DNA from: Dimorphilus gyrociliatus
Taxonomy: Eukaryota; Animalia; Annelida
NCBI GenBank assembly: GCA_904063045.1
Contig: CAJFCJ010000006.1
Location: 1,315,647-1,379,646, forward strand
Length of the DNA stretch: 64,000 bases
Direction: 5' to 3'
Part shown: one piece after another, positions 1-13,200 of the stretch
Position numbering within the stretch: the first letter of the stretch is position 1
Layout of the letters: each line of letters opens with the position of its first letter
The notes under the pieces: generated by a model
Databases searched by the model: none
Told to the model about the DNA's origin: nothing
The model's input: only the letters and a program-made list of their open reading frames with translations
Made by a program: the position numbers and the translations under genes

Positions 1-408
1 AAAAAAAAAATGGTCTATCTATATAATGGATATATTTCACATAACCTATATTGTTTAATTCTACCCCCTACCGTACTTATCCCCGCCCCACTACTTTAAC
101 TTGCCTACGTTTATTTTAAATTCTTTTCTTTGTTTTTTTTTTATTAGAAGTATTCTTAATTCTTTAACGGATTAAACAAATAAAGAAATAAAGTTATGAT
201 ATAAAAAAAATTGTAGATTTAAAGATAAAATACATTTCCTTTTTTGTCTTTTAAAGTTTAATAAGGGGTTTGTTAGATATCGAGTAAGAACACAAAAGAA
301 AGGCTCCAGGAACCTACTAAGAACTTTTTAATATACTATACGCCTCTTTTTTTATTACAGGGGCAACGTGGGATATTCTTATTGAAAATAGAATTAATAT
401 AGGTTTTA

Positions 409-1512
<1,104 letters not shown>

Positions 1513-2236
1513 TTTGAGTGTTGTAGGGCTATTGGCGCATGCGCGACCTAACAACCTTGTCCTATAGCGCGAATGTCTATAACGCTAAATGTTAGTTTTA
1601 CGTTGATAAAATTCCCCACCAACGAAGTATATAATGCAAATACCTCTTTACTCAATCTTAGTGAAGGTTGATTTGAAATTTACCCTTCATTTTTCAACTT
1701 TTTCGTACTTGGATTATATTCTTTCGTATGCAAATGAGATCGATCGGCGGTACTATTTTTCGGTTGCTAGCAACGACCGATAAACAAAGCAAATTTGACT
1801 GTAGGTGGCACCGGTATTTTTCTACGTTGTAATTTTCATTCAAAATTCTCCTACGTGAGCAGCTAAAAATCAATAAATGCTTTATGTAATAAGCAATACA
1901 CCCTAGACAAAGGCAATTTGGAAATATTTATTTTCTCCAAAACATCTAAACTAACAAATGCTGTGTTGCAATATAGTAAAAAAATTATAATATCTCATTA
2001 TTAATTAAATAATAAGATGAGCTATGTGAACCGTATAAAGCTATGAATATGGAGAATAATACGCTAATTTCTTTCCAATATGAAATAATAGTAACCTTTT
2101 AATAATAGTTATAATATTTCATATTTTCTAATTCACATTCAGAGTATACTCTCATTTCTCTTTGCGAAGTGTTAAACTAGTTAAAAATTATTTCGTCATG
2201 CCCTAGATATTATTAGATTTTCTTTATTTGAATTTT

Positions 2237-2238
<2 letters not shown>

Positions 2239-2280
<42 letters not shown>
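2239..2280. repeat. (AT)n microsatellite
   Basis: Uninterrupted AT run of about 21 units. Confidence 0.95.
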
Positions 2281-2282
<2 letters not shown>

Positions 2283-2746
2283 TTATATATATACTGTATT
2301 AGTAAAACGTACACAATACGTTTATGTATTCGATTGAAGCTAAATTTGAATAACTAGCTTTCGAAATTTAATGGATGAATATAGCAATAAAAGGACTCTA
2401 TTCTTAGAGTATTCTCTTAGGACAAATTTTATTTTAGCTATGAAAACTATTTCGAGGTCGCAGAAGTCGGTCATTCTACTGACTAATACACTAGGTGTCG
2501 CATAATATTTTGATATATCTATGGAGTGATCAAACTAGTTCATATTCATATGTAGGAATGCAGACGTAAGACGAAAATTCTTGGAAATTCTTATATGTTA
2601 TGTATACAATTTTATCGAATATTGTCGGTGATTTATGGGATAGTAATGGTTAGTTTGATGATGATTAGCCCAAAGGGCACATTATATAAGCACTTACATT
2701 TCTTAATTTATTCGAATTATTCGTAAAAGGAAAAAATAATTAAGAA

Positions 2747-3944
2747 TTAGACATTACTAGATAAATAATGACTTATTCTATATGGAAAGAGGGCATCATT
2801 AACTTCCATGTACCAACAGTTACTTATGTTATGCCTCACTGAGGTTAATGATAAATTTCCATTTACGCTGATGATTGCTTTACGACCCTTTGCTTCTTGA
2901 ACAGTTTTGTAGAATTTGAACAGGTTGTTTCCTATTCTCCCTAATAGGCCATCTATTCCTTCGTAAGTCGGATAGAATGCGTTTAAATTCATCGAAAAAC
3001 CTATAGAAGGATTATAATATCTATAAATTATTATGTTTTTTGTTATTCTATTTCTTGAAATGCTATCTTTGAGATTAATTTGAAGAGAATTTCCTGTAAT
3101 TTTTAAGATAAAACTCTTTCCCTCTATCTTTCGATCTTCGTTTAAATTATTCCATTCAAGGAAAATACCATCTTCCGATAGAGTTCCGGTACGATCAGAT
3201 GTTATATTACCATGTGGTGAGATAACTTTTATCGCTTTCATAAAATATTCATTCATCAATTCTCCGTATATAGATATATCTAAATCTTGAAGTTTAATTA
3301 TAAGTATTTGATCGCCTTCTCTTCCATTTATATCATAGCATATCATTTTTAACGATTTATCTTTTTCATCTTTAACAACTTGCTTAAAATGCTGACTTCC
3401 ACCGGACAAAGGATATTTATTCTGTAGGATGAAATGAACGCTTTCCGTTTTGTAAGCTCTTACAACCTCGTCAAAACACTCAATATGCACTGTTATTATT
3501 TTATCTCTTTCCAATTTATAACTATCAACAGCTTCTACAATGATATTATTTACAAGTCCATTACGAGAGATAGGAAACTTATCAATACATCCCTTAAGTA
3601 TTACTTCGGACGGATGAGAAACCTTAGCTCTAAAGATCGTAATCTTTATCAATAAAGTCAGATAATTTTGATATAAGATCTTTCTCACCTGCAAATTCCT
3701 TTTCCTTGTAGCGCTTCTACTGTGATCGACAAGCCAAATCCATCTCTCTTTAATATGGGCGGATCTGGTCTGGCAATATGAATATCTAATAATTGACTTG
3801 AGCATCCTCCTATAAACAAATAAACATATAATATTTCTAATATATGCAGTAATTGATTAATTTTATCATTTTGAACGGATATTTATACCAACTTGATACC
3901 AATATGATAAAGAGGCAAACAAGTGGGATATTCCTGTTAAGCAT
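2747..3944 (-). CDS. Secreted Calx-beta-like + ITIH-C-like protein, GSQH variant (family member G1)
   Basis: Three exons. Signal peptide MLNRNIPLVCLFIILVS (exon 1 donor a|gttggt, less certain). Exon 2 ends EALQGKGIC(R) at a phase-2 intron. Exon 3 has SGGSQHFKQ..MICYDINGREGDQILI..GLLGRIGNNLFKF..ISVNG..CWYM, aligning with the other members. Confidence 0.75.
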
Positions 3945-4347
3945 GGTATTATTTACACAAACTGATTGGTCTCAATAGTTGACTAAAGACTAAGTAAAAA
4001 AATACACGAGAATCTAGATCTCAAGGTAGAAAGATACTCAAGTTGTTTTTAATAATCTATAATATAAATATCCTTGTGCTATCTCTTTCTATTGCGTAAT
4101 ATTGTCGGCTTGAAACGACAAAGAGAGAATAGGAAAGTGGAAGAAAACGATGAAAATAAGGGACTCGAGGGGGGAGATGATTAAAAGCAAAGAAAAATAA
4201 TTTAGCTCTGGTAGTTTTTTATTTGAAAGAAAACGTCTAGAGGAAACTAGAACTACTTAAGTCTTTAAGGATCGGCCATACACCAAATTATACTATCGAT
4301 TAATCCAATTGTCTATTGTACTCAAGTTTGGTACGCAATGCTTTCTT

Positions 4348-5566
4348 TCAAGGTTCCCATTTAAGCAAAGATGACGAGAAATCTTCCAAATTTGATGGAT
4401 ATAAGGCATCATCAATATCAAACAGCCAACAACTTAATTCGTCTTTACTTTGTAGGGCACTTAACATTGTCTGACCGTTTACGTTAACCGCTATTTTGGA
4501 ACTATCAGTATCATCCTCTGCCTCCTCAGCTGTTCCGAAGAACACAAATTTATTATTACCAATTCTACCCAATAAACCTCCTAATCCTTCGTAATTAACC
4601 AAATGATTAAAGTTTATATCCAAGAAATATCCGGTTAGCGTGTGATATAATCTTTTTATAGTGAAATTCAAATTTTGTATACTATCATCCATATTTTTTA
4701 GTTCAATTGTTATGCTAGGTCCATTATAGATTATCGAATGAGTGTCTCGTTCAATTTTCTGTGGTTCTATCCTATTTGACCAATCAATAAAGAGGCCATC
4801 GCTAAATTTGGTTCCCTCTGTTGATGAAATGATATTTCCGTCCAAATAGGTTATTTTAATTAAGTGCATATAATTATCATCGATTAATTCTCCTTTAATG
4901 ATAGTTTTCGAAGAGTTTTGTGTTAAAATTTCAATATGATCACCGGCTTCTCCTGTAACGTCATAACATATTAGTTTTCTATCTTTGTTCGCCTCGTCAA
5001 AAACAGTTTGCACAAAATGCGGATCACCGGAGACAAACGTATCAAAACTTTCATAAATTAGGATTTCTTTCTGAGCTGTTCTAATGATATCTGTTCCAAT
5101 TTCCTTACAGATAACGAGAATTTCGAAAGTTTCCTTTTGACTTGCAATACCATTATCAAAAGCTTCGACGAGAATTCTATGAACTTTTTTATTCGGTTCC
5201 GATATATGAAAATTTTCTGTTACCCCATGAAATCTCACCTCATTTACTTCTGACGATTCTATTCTATAAGACACTATTAGCATATCTTACTTTGTTCATT
5301 ATAATACTTTTAAAATAATAATTACCTGCATAGACCTGAGCCTTCGAATGCTTCAATTATAATTATTCTTTTAGCACCACCTTTAATTACTGCGGGATGA
5401 GGGACAATATCCAGTTGAATTTTAAGTGGACGAGTTGCAGATTCTAGAGAACTTATTTCTATTAATGAAAAATACATAAATATGATATTATCTTTGAAAT
5501 AAGATTGAGCAATTATAACATACCAACTACTGCGTAGATAAATATACTCCAAAGAAATTTATTCAT
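4348..5566 (-). CDS. Secreted Calx-beta-like + GDPH + ITIH-C-like protein (G2)
   Basis: Exons 5566-5524 (MNKFLWSIFIYAVV), 5458-5326 (ends EAFEGSGLC) and 5263-4348, all GT-AG. SGDPHFVQ at 5028-5017, then LICYDVTGEAGDHIEI, DDNYMH, GLLGRIGNN and SCWLF. Confidence 0.85.
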
Positions 5567-6681
5567 AACTTTAGCTAGTTATTCTTCTACTGCAAGTCTT
5601 GTGATAAACTCTGATCTAAATTTGAACTCCTTTTAAGATAATATTGAATAATAGAAACTCAAGCTTTGAGTAACTACTCTCAAAGTAGATTCATTTCACT
5701 ATGGCTATGGCTTTAAAATAAAAAATAATATTTAATTTTCTGAAATGTCTAGCTTTTCCTTTTCCAAAAAGCAAAACAAAACTAGGCTTACTAGCCATAG
5801 TTCACTCCTTTTTATAGAGCATAAAGGAATTGATATATAAAAAGTGACAAATCTTTTGTTATGTAGAGAGCATAGGATAAATTATATTAAGAGAATCTAT
5901 AGATTCTCTTACGTCTTTCGTTGAATCTTTATTATCATCTTAATTAGAGTATCATTACTGGAAAATATTAGCTTTTTCATTAATTTTATTGTTGTATTGT
6001 ACACAATTTTAAGTACACTAACCCCATAAAACATTCTATAAAAAAAGATAGCTTTGCTAGTCGTCACATGCCAAGAGCAAGAAAAAATTGCCCCCTTCCC
6101 CGTTTGAACTAGTCTGAACCCGAATTTTTCGTTGAATAGAGCTAGTTTCTACTAGAATATATTGAAAAAACGTGATAAAAAACTAAGGTAGTTTATTTAC
6201 CTAGAAGAGAACTAATGTAATATACATAATATATAAATATATACAGTACATACTGTATATATATGAATAACCAGAAGCAACAGCTTTATACTTCATTTTA
6301 GTAGCGTTCTTTCCTATACAATATTAAATATTACCCTTAAAAGTCTATGACTTATTGATAGTATAAATGTCTTTTCAACTAGATGTCACCGCTAGCTTAT
6401 TAAGACAGCTAGCTTTGGAATAATTTGTTAAAAACTTAATGAAATTTATATATTTAATTGTCGAATAAAATTGTCTCATTAATAAGATATGTAGAGTTGT
6501 TAATACTAAATACGAATCTGATTTTCTCCTTTTTTATATATAAAAGTTACCAGAGAAGCTGCGTGTTAGATTAAACAAAAGAGTACGTGTCAACGTTCGC
6601 CTCGCCAGACAGAAGTTCTTCATTTGTTCTTTAGTTTCCTAGCTAAATTCATAAATATTCATTAGCAAATAAATTTTCAAA

Positions 6682-8557
6682 ATGAAATTATTCACCCTTA
6701 CGTTAATTCTCTTAGCAAAACTTGGTAAATTTATTATAATGTTATTTTCATTACTGTTAATAATATAATTATATATGTGTGATAGTTGCTGTATATTCTG
6801 AAAAGTTTGATGTTCATATGGAACTTCAGAATCAAATTGCTGAGAATGATAAAAGATTAGTCTTAAGAACTTGGCGTAAATCAGGAAGTGGCATTTGCTC
6901 GTAAATATTTTCATTATTTTCATTTATTCTTATATCTATAAACTGTATATGATAAAATTTTTAATGATGTTTGCTCTCTCCTAGTGTCTCTTCCTCGGTC
7001 CCTGATAGAATTTATGATATCCCGGAAGCTTATTTCACATTTAATAAAACCTTCAATCTGCATATAATGCCATTAAGCATTCCAGATAATGATATTAAGG
7101 GAGATGATGTAACTGTTACAATTTCCTTAGTATGCACTTGTGAAGCTTCGAATAAAAAAGTTACTTTTGAGAAAGAAGTATTTTTGAAAGACAATGATGC
7201 AACTGATTATTATTCTCCTTTTCAACTTGTACTCATATTCGTACCGAGAATACACGTACACACCAGTATCTCTATTAGCTTACCAAGTATTCAAGGTTCT
7301 GGTACATGTTCAATGAAGCTATCCGATTCAACCTACTTACTGTTGAAAGCAGAAGAGAATGATAAAATAGTCTTTGACGAATTTCAATGGAGACATCAAA
7401 CAATGCTAACAGCTGTGAATAACGATGGCTTAAAAGGACCAACAATTGTTACATTAAGCATTACTTGTACTGATTTTCGAAATAGACGATCTTCAAAATT
7501 TCACCAATCAATTACAGTTCTTCCCTTTGTAGACGAGACAAGTTTTCAGGAATTTTCACCACATATTGAAGTTCCGTTGGAAATCGAAGAAGATGGTGGC
7601 CGAAGAGGTGTAATGATATCGAGCTTTATTGGAAATGCTAATTGTAGTGCTGACATTAAAGATAAAGCGTACGCACACTTTCATGGTCCAAGCACGTACA
7701 CATACACTCAAAGTAGCATGAGTGAAATTTACGGCAATTTCTTAATAGTTGAGCCTGTCGATGATGATAAGTCTACGGGTGATAGAACTGTTACTGTTGA
7801 TTTAACATGTGTTGATTCAGCCAAGGAAATAATCTCAAATATACCTATAAACATACTAATCAGAGAGGATGATGAATTTGGATTGTCTTTAAGGGATGAT
7901 CCACACTTTGTTCAAATTATATTTGATGAGTTTAAAATGATAGAAAAGAAAGTTTGTTACGATGTTACAGGGAATTCTGGAGATTTAATTCAAATAATTG
8001 AACACGAGAAAAGCGGAACTGTGATGTTTGGAGAATTATTGGATGACTATTACATGCATATCGTTACTATAATTTCGCCATACGGAAATATTACAGCAAC
8101 TACAAAAGATATTAAACTATTTGGAGGATTAGTTTTACAATGGAATCCTTCAATGAGAAAACTAAAATATGAAGATAAAGATTATGAATATACTTTATAC
8201 AGAAATATTATTAAAATTAAAGTTAAAGAAATTGATGAGCAGCTATTGTTTGCTATTGAACGAATAAGTCATCTAAGTAGTGGCTATTATCTTGATACAA
8301 GAATTTTTGGCCTAAAGAATAACTATAAAGGATACGGAGGAATTCTCGGCAGAGTTGGCAATAATCGAATTAAATTTTTCGAAAATGTTCAAGAGAATAG
8401 CAGTAGAACAAGTATTGAAGTTAACGGACAGTTGTTTACATCTTCAATTATACATAGACAAGATAATGAATGTTGGTTAGTAAGCCTAAGCAATGCTTTA
8501 TATCCTTATTCAATTGATAATTTCATTTTTCCAAAAAACTCATTGGTAATCAATTAG
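6682..8557 (+). CDS. Secreted protein with three Calx-beta-like repeats + DDPH + ITIH-C-like domain (G3)
   Basis: Exon 1 MKLFTLTLILLAKL (ATG 6682). Exon 2 ends KSGSGICS. A large exon 3 runs to 8557. The repeats carry DNDIKGDDVTVTISLVC, NNDGLKGPTIVTLSITC and DDDKSTGDRTVTVDLTC. RDDPHFVQ at 7892-7915, then VCYDVTG, DDYYMH, GILGRVGNN and ECWLV. Confidence 0.85.
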
Positions 8558-8947
8558 AATGACCTAATTTTCATTGATAGTGAAATAAAAATTATGTTTT
8601 TTTGAATCATTTCCATTTTGATTTATGATCTAATATAGGTTTATATTTAGTAAAGTAGTTTAAAAGTTAATTAAAACTTTCCTTCTCCTTTAAAAGTAAG
8701 AAGACAGTTAGGAACTCTCATTAATATACTTTCACTTATTATCTAATTGCTCAAGTTAATATTTCCAAGCTAGTTAGACAGAATAATTAACAATCTCAGG
8801 CAAACAATGAACCTTCTAAGATAAAGTCTTTTCTTTAAATTAAAGCATTATATAATACTATTGTAATATTTAATTGATTGTACTTATATTCGCACTCGTT
8901 TAAACTTTGAAGGTAGACAGTCTTTGTTGAAGCTTTGAACAGGAGTC

Positions 8948-9796
8948 ATGTTCAATAAATATTATGCAGTTTTCTTCCCAGAGGAAAATTTAAATTCGAT
9001 TATTCCAGTAACGTGGATAACCTTAGAAGATAAGAAAATTTTGACCATGTGGCCGGAGGATCATATATATTATGAAGGTGGAGACAGAGATATAGATTAC
9101 CTTGCTAGAAATAATGTCAACCCTGCAGAAAATTCACCTGGATTATGGTCCTACTACGAAGCGGTTATACTACAGGGTTTTGGTAAGTGCAAACAAGTAG
9201 TTTGTTCAAGTCACACATTCTGATACTCTATTATTAGAAACTTACGAAGAAGCCGAAATCTACTTAGGCGCTAAACAGAAACAAAATAAAAAAGATAAAA
9301 GGAAAAAAGGTATATACTTGAATTTCCCTTATTTTCAACATTAAAACCCATCTTAATAGCCTCGAAGAAAATAACATTGAAACAAGCTTCGAATAGTTCA
9401 GATTCAGAGGATGTTGAACAAAAAGCTTACAAGAGGAAATCTGCTGAAAACTTAACTAAACGTAAAAGATACCGATCGGCAATTACACAGTGTACCTTAG
9501 AGGATGATGAATATCAACGTTCTCTTACATCGTTGAACAATAAATCTTCAAACTTCAATTCCTGTACTATGAATTGTCCACGTACAAATGCACTAACAAA
9601 CGCTAAGAAAGTCGGTCCTGTCAAGGCACTTCAGAGATTAAGTGGTCGAAAAAGAGCAAATAACGCAGATGATAATTCAACAGATAAAAGTAAAATAATT
9701 CAGAAGCTTTTTCAGGAGCAAATGAATCAAAAGAAAACCCTTGAAAGGATTCTCGAAAAATTGGCTGATATGGAAGATTTTAAGAATAAACCTTAG
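8948..9796 (+). CDS. Uncharacterised protein with a DUF4806-type N-terminal motif and a C-terminal coiled coil
   Basis: Exons 8948-9182, 9238-9309 and 9360-9796 splice in frame. The N-terminus YAVFFPEE..IIPVTWI..MWP..P..W..Y...IL..FETYEEA resembles the motif of DUF4806/BEN-associated, transposon-linked proteins (family assignment from recall). A basic NLS-like stretch follows. Confidence 0.6.
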
Positions 9797-10292
9797 CTAT
9801 TAGTATAATTAATTATTATATAATTATAATATTATATCCACCAGATGGCTTACAGTCAACTTTGACATGTTTCTCTTATTTTACGATAATTTTTATGTTT
9901 ACTAAAAGTCTTAAAAAGTAGTAAGATCGATTAGATTCAATAAATAATAGATACAAACAAGGAAATTACAAAGTTCATCTATAGTCATTCAATTAATAAT
10001 TTTCAACAATTGAAAGATACTTTCGTATAAAGTTCAATACATTAAGAAAATCATTGAGAAAAGAGAGTGACACTTTTCTATGATAACAATTAATAAGTAG
10101 TATCATTTCTTGTACATCAATACTTCCTTTTTTAACAAGAAACTACTACTTTTTGCGGGTTGTTTAGGCAGCAGACGCCCCTGTATCTATGACAGCATAG
10201 TAAACAACCGCTTCAACTCATTCGGCCTTACGGCGCTGAATGGAATAGTTGTTATATGATTCATACCAACGAATGGATAAACCTTGTTAAAA

Positions 10293-13200
10293 ATGCAATA
10301 TGAACGTTTAGTAATTTTGATTATCAGTATTATTCTAAGTTCAGTTGTCTCAATAAATGGTAATATACTTATAAATATATTATATCTACATCATATATTG
10401 TAATATATATAAAAGTAAAGACTTTTCTATAAAACATCTATGTCTGTCTTTTATATGAAATGCGTTCAGTTTCAAAACATTTCCTTTTTTATCCATTTTT
10501 TTCTCTTTCATTTCTTTCTTCTAGCAAAGAAAATTACCCAAATTCAAACCATCTTTACTTCGAACATCGTGGAAGGTCAAACGAGGAATGTTATAGAAGG
10601 AGATCTGAGTAGTTATCTTGTTGTACAACCAGCTTCTGGAACTCTTTCATGGATTACGCTAAAACTCTCCAATTTTGCTGTTATTAATAGAGTAATTGTG
10701 AAGAGGAGATTGTGTTGCGAAGGTATTCTTTATTTGTCTCTCTTACATCATACTGTATATTATAACTAGTCATCAAATCAACAGATCATATGGCGATATT
10801 TTCCGTTTCGATTGGAGATTCATTTTGTCAAAGTGATCCCAAATCTTTTCAACCATCAACTCAAGATTCATTGTGTTATTCATACAATTATGGAAGCACC
10901 AGTAATGTTCCTGAATCAGTGAATGAAACATGCTCAACATCTCTTCATTCAAGACCTCCTCTTGGAAATTATGTTACAATATTCAAAAATTCTCCTAGCA
11001 GAAATATACATTTAGCAGAGATTGAGATTTATGGAGAAATTCTATCAGGTTTGCAAACGTTTTTAAAGTGTATTTTATAATTATTTCGATGTTTGATTAA
11101 ATTTATTGAAGATATTACTCCACTCAAAGAAAATTATGTTTATGAAAAGAATGGAACAAGAGGTTATATTCTGAAGAGAGAGAAGAACAGCTTTTGGAAC
11201 GCAAAGAAAAAATGCGAAGACGATAATTCGTATTTAGCAATAAATTCTGGCAGTTTCTTAGCATCATATCTTCGGAGAGGTGAGTAGAATCTTCGTTTTC
11301 AAGTAGATAATAAGATATGAAAAGTGATATTGTTGTATTGTTTATTAAACAATAGAAATAAGTGAGAATAAGTTTTGGCGAAATGGACATTATTTCGACA
11401 ATAAATGGTATACCGCATCAGATTGTTCGCAAGAGTTAAGCTCTTTACCAAATGCAGTAAATTCACCAACAAATGATATGAAAATGTATTGGGATAGAGA
11501 TTTGAAATTGTATGGAGAGAATCCCAATCAACAATTCTATTACATTTGTGAAAGAGATTTACCGAATTCTGTATCGAATTGTCCTGATTATTGTGAATAT
11601 TGTGAAATATTTAATCGTAATAACATGGACTCGAGGTGCATTTGTGAAAATGGAAAATATGGAGTAAGATGTCAGTGGCGTAAGTATACATTGAATTTGA
11701 AATGTGAAGAGAAAAATGATTTAGAAATGAATGAAAATTTGTTGAATAGCTTGTTCGGGAAATTTTTATGGGGTTGATTGTAATATTGCGTGTGGAAACT
11801 GTAGAGGAGGATCAGCTTGTAATTCTGAAACTGGATTATGCTCTGGTGGTTGTGAAAATGGTTGGACAGGAGATAAATGTAATGAAGCTGTGACAACAGA
11901 AAGTACTATAGAAAGTACAGTTATAACAACAAAATTAACCTCTACAATCCGCCCATCTACATTGGCTCCCACAAAACCATCAAATAATTCTTTCAACTCG
12001 ACTATTGGTATGGTTTAATTATAGAGGCTTTAAGAAGTATTTTATAACGAAATTTCAGGTGATGGACCTACCGACAAAAACAAAATTGGACTGATAATTG
12101 GAGTGGTACTAGCAAGTGTTGTTCTATTTATTGCAATTGTTGTGGGTGTTGTATTCTGTTACAGGTAAATAATAATTATTCTACTACTAAGTAAAGTTAA
12201 GTTTTACGTTTATGTTTTAAGGATGAGAACTAATGGAAAAGCACATCCAGAAGCTGATATAGAAGAAAATATATCTGTAAAGGAAGATCAGTTGGAAACG
12301 GCCTCAGATCATGTTCCATCAGTGAATAATGATTCAATTATTAAAAATAGAAATTCGACAATTAATGATCGTGTATCAGGTAAAATGACTATTGTATTTT
12401 GTATGTGAAAATTGACTACATATGGTTTCTTTTCTAACAAATAATAGCCGCCTACGAAAATACACAGCATAGTATAAAGGTTGAAAATCTTGGTTCCGTA
12501 ATTGAAAGATTGTCGAAAGACGATCAAAAAGGTTTTCAAAATGAATTTTCGGTAATGAAACATTATTGTAATCGTATTATAAATATTAATTGCGTAATAA
12601 AATTAACAAGGAATTACCAAATGGACAAATCCACGAATGGAACGATGCATTGAGGGCAGATGTTAGGTCAACGAAAAAGAATAGATATAAAAATATATTC
12701 GCATGTTAGTATTAAAATTTATTTAAGCAGATAATGTTTTTTATATATTAAACTGATATTTACTTATATAACTATCTAAACTATACAAGATTAGGGTTAT
12801 AAAAATGGACTATGTTAAAATACCCATACAGACGATAAAACAAGAGTTGAAATTGAAACCGATGATGGAACGGATTATATAAATGCTAATTACATATCGG
12901 TTAGTTGTCAAGGCAATATTTATATTAATGTTTTCTATAAATTAATGAAGAATTAGCTAGTTCGTGACTGTTATGAATTAGTAATTTAACTTCCCTTTTT
13001 TTTCTTATAGGGCTACAACAAAAAGCAGACTTTCATAGCAAGCCAAGGTGGGTAGGCCGAACTATTGTAAAACATATTCTCCCATTTCATTCAGAGTGAT
13101 CAACTATTGCGCGGGGGTTGCAATAGAGAAATAGGGAGGCGGCATACTAATACTCTAGAAATACCAATATACTAATATCTAAAGTATTTGAGAAATGTAG

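Noticed and set aside
6237-6262. Resemblance of the TACTGTATATA motifs to a bacterial LexA SOS box
   Set aside because: The DNA is eukaryotic with spliceosomal introns, and the half-sites are in the opposite arrangement to CTGT-N8-ACAG.
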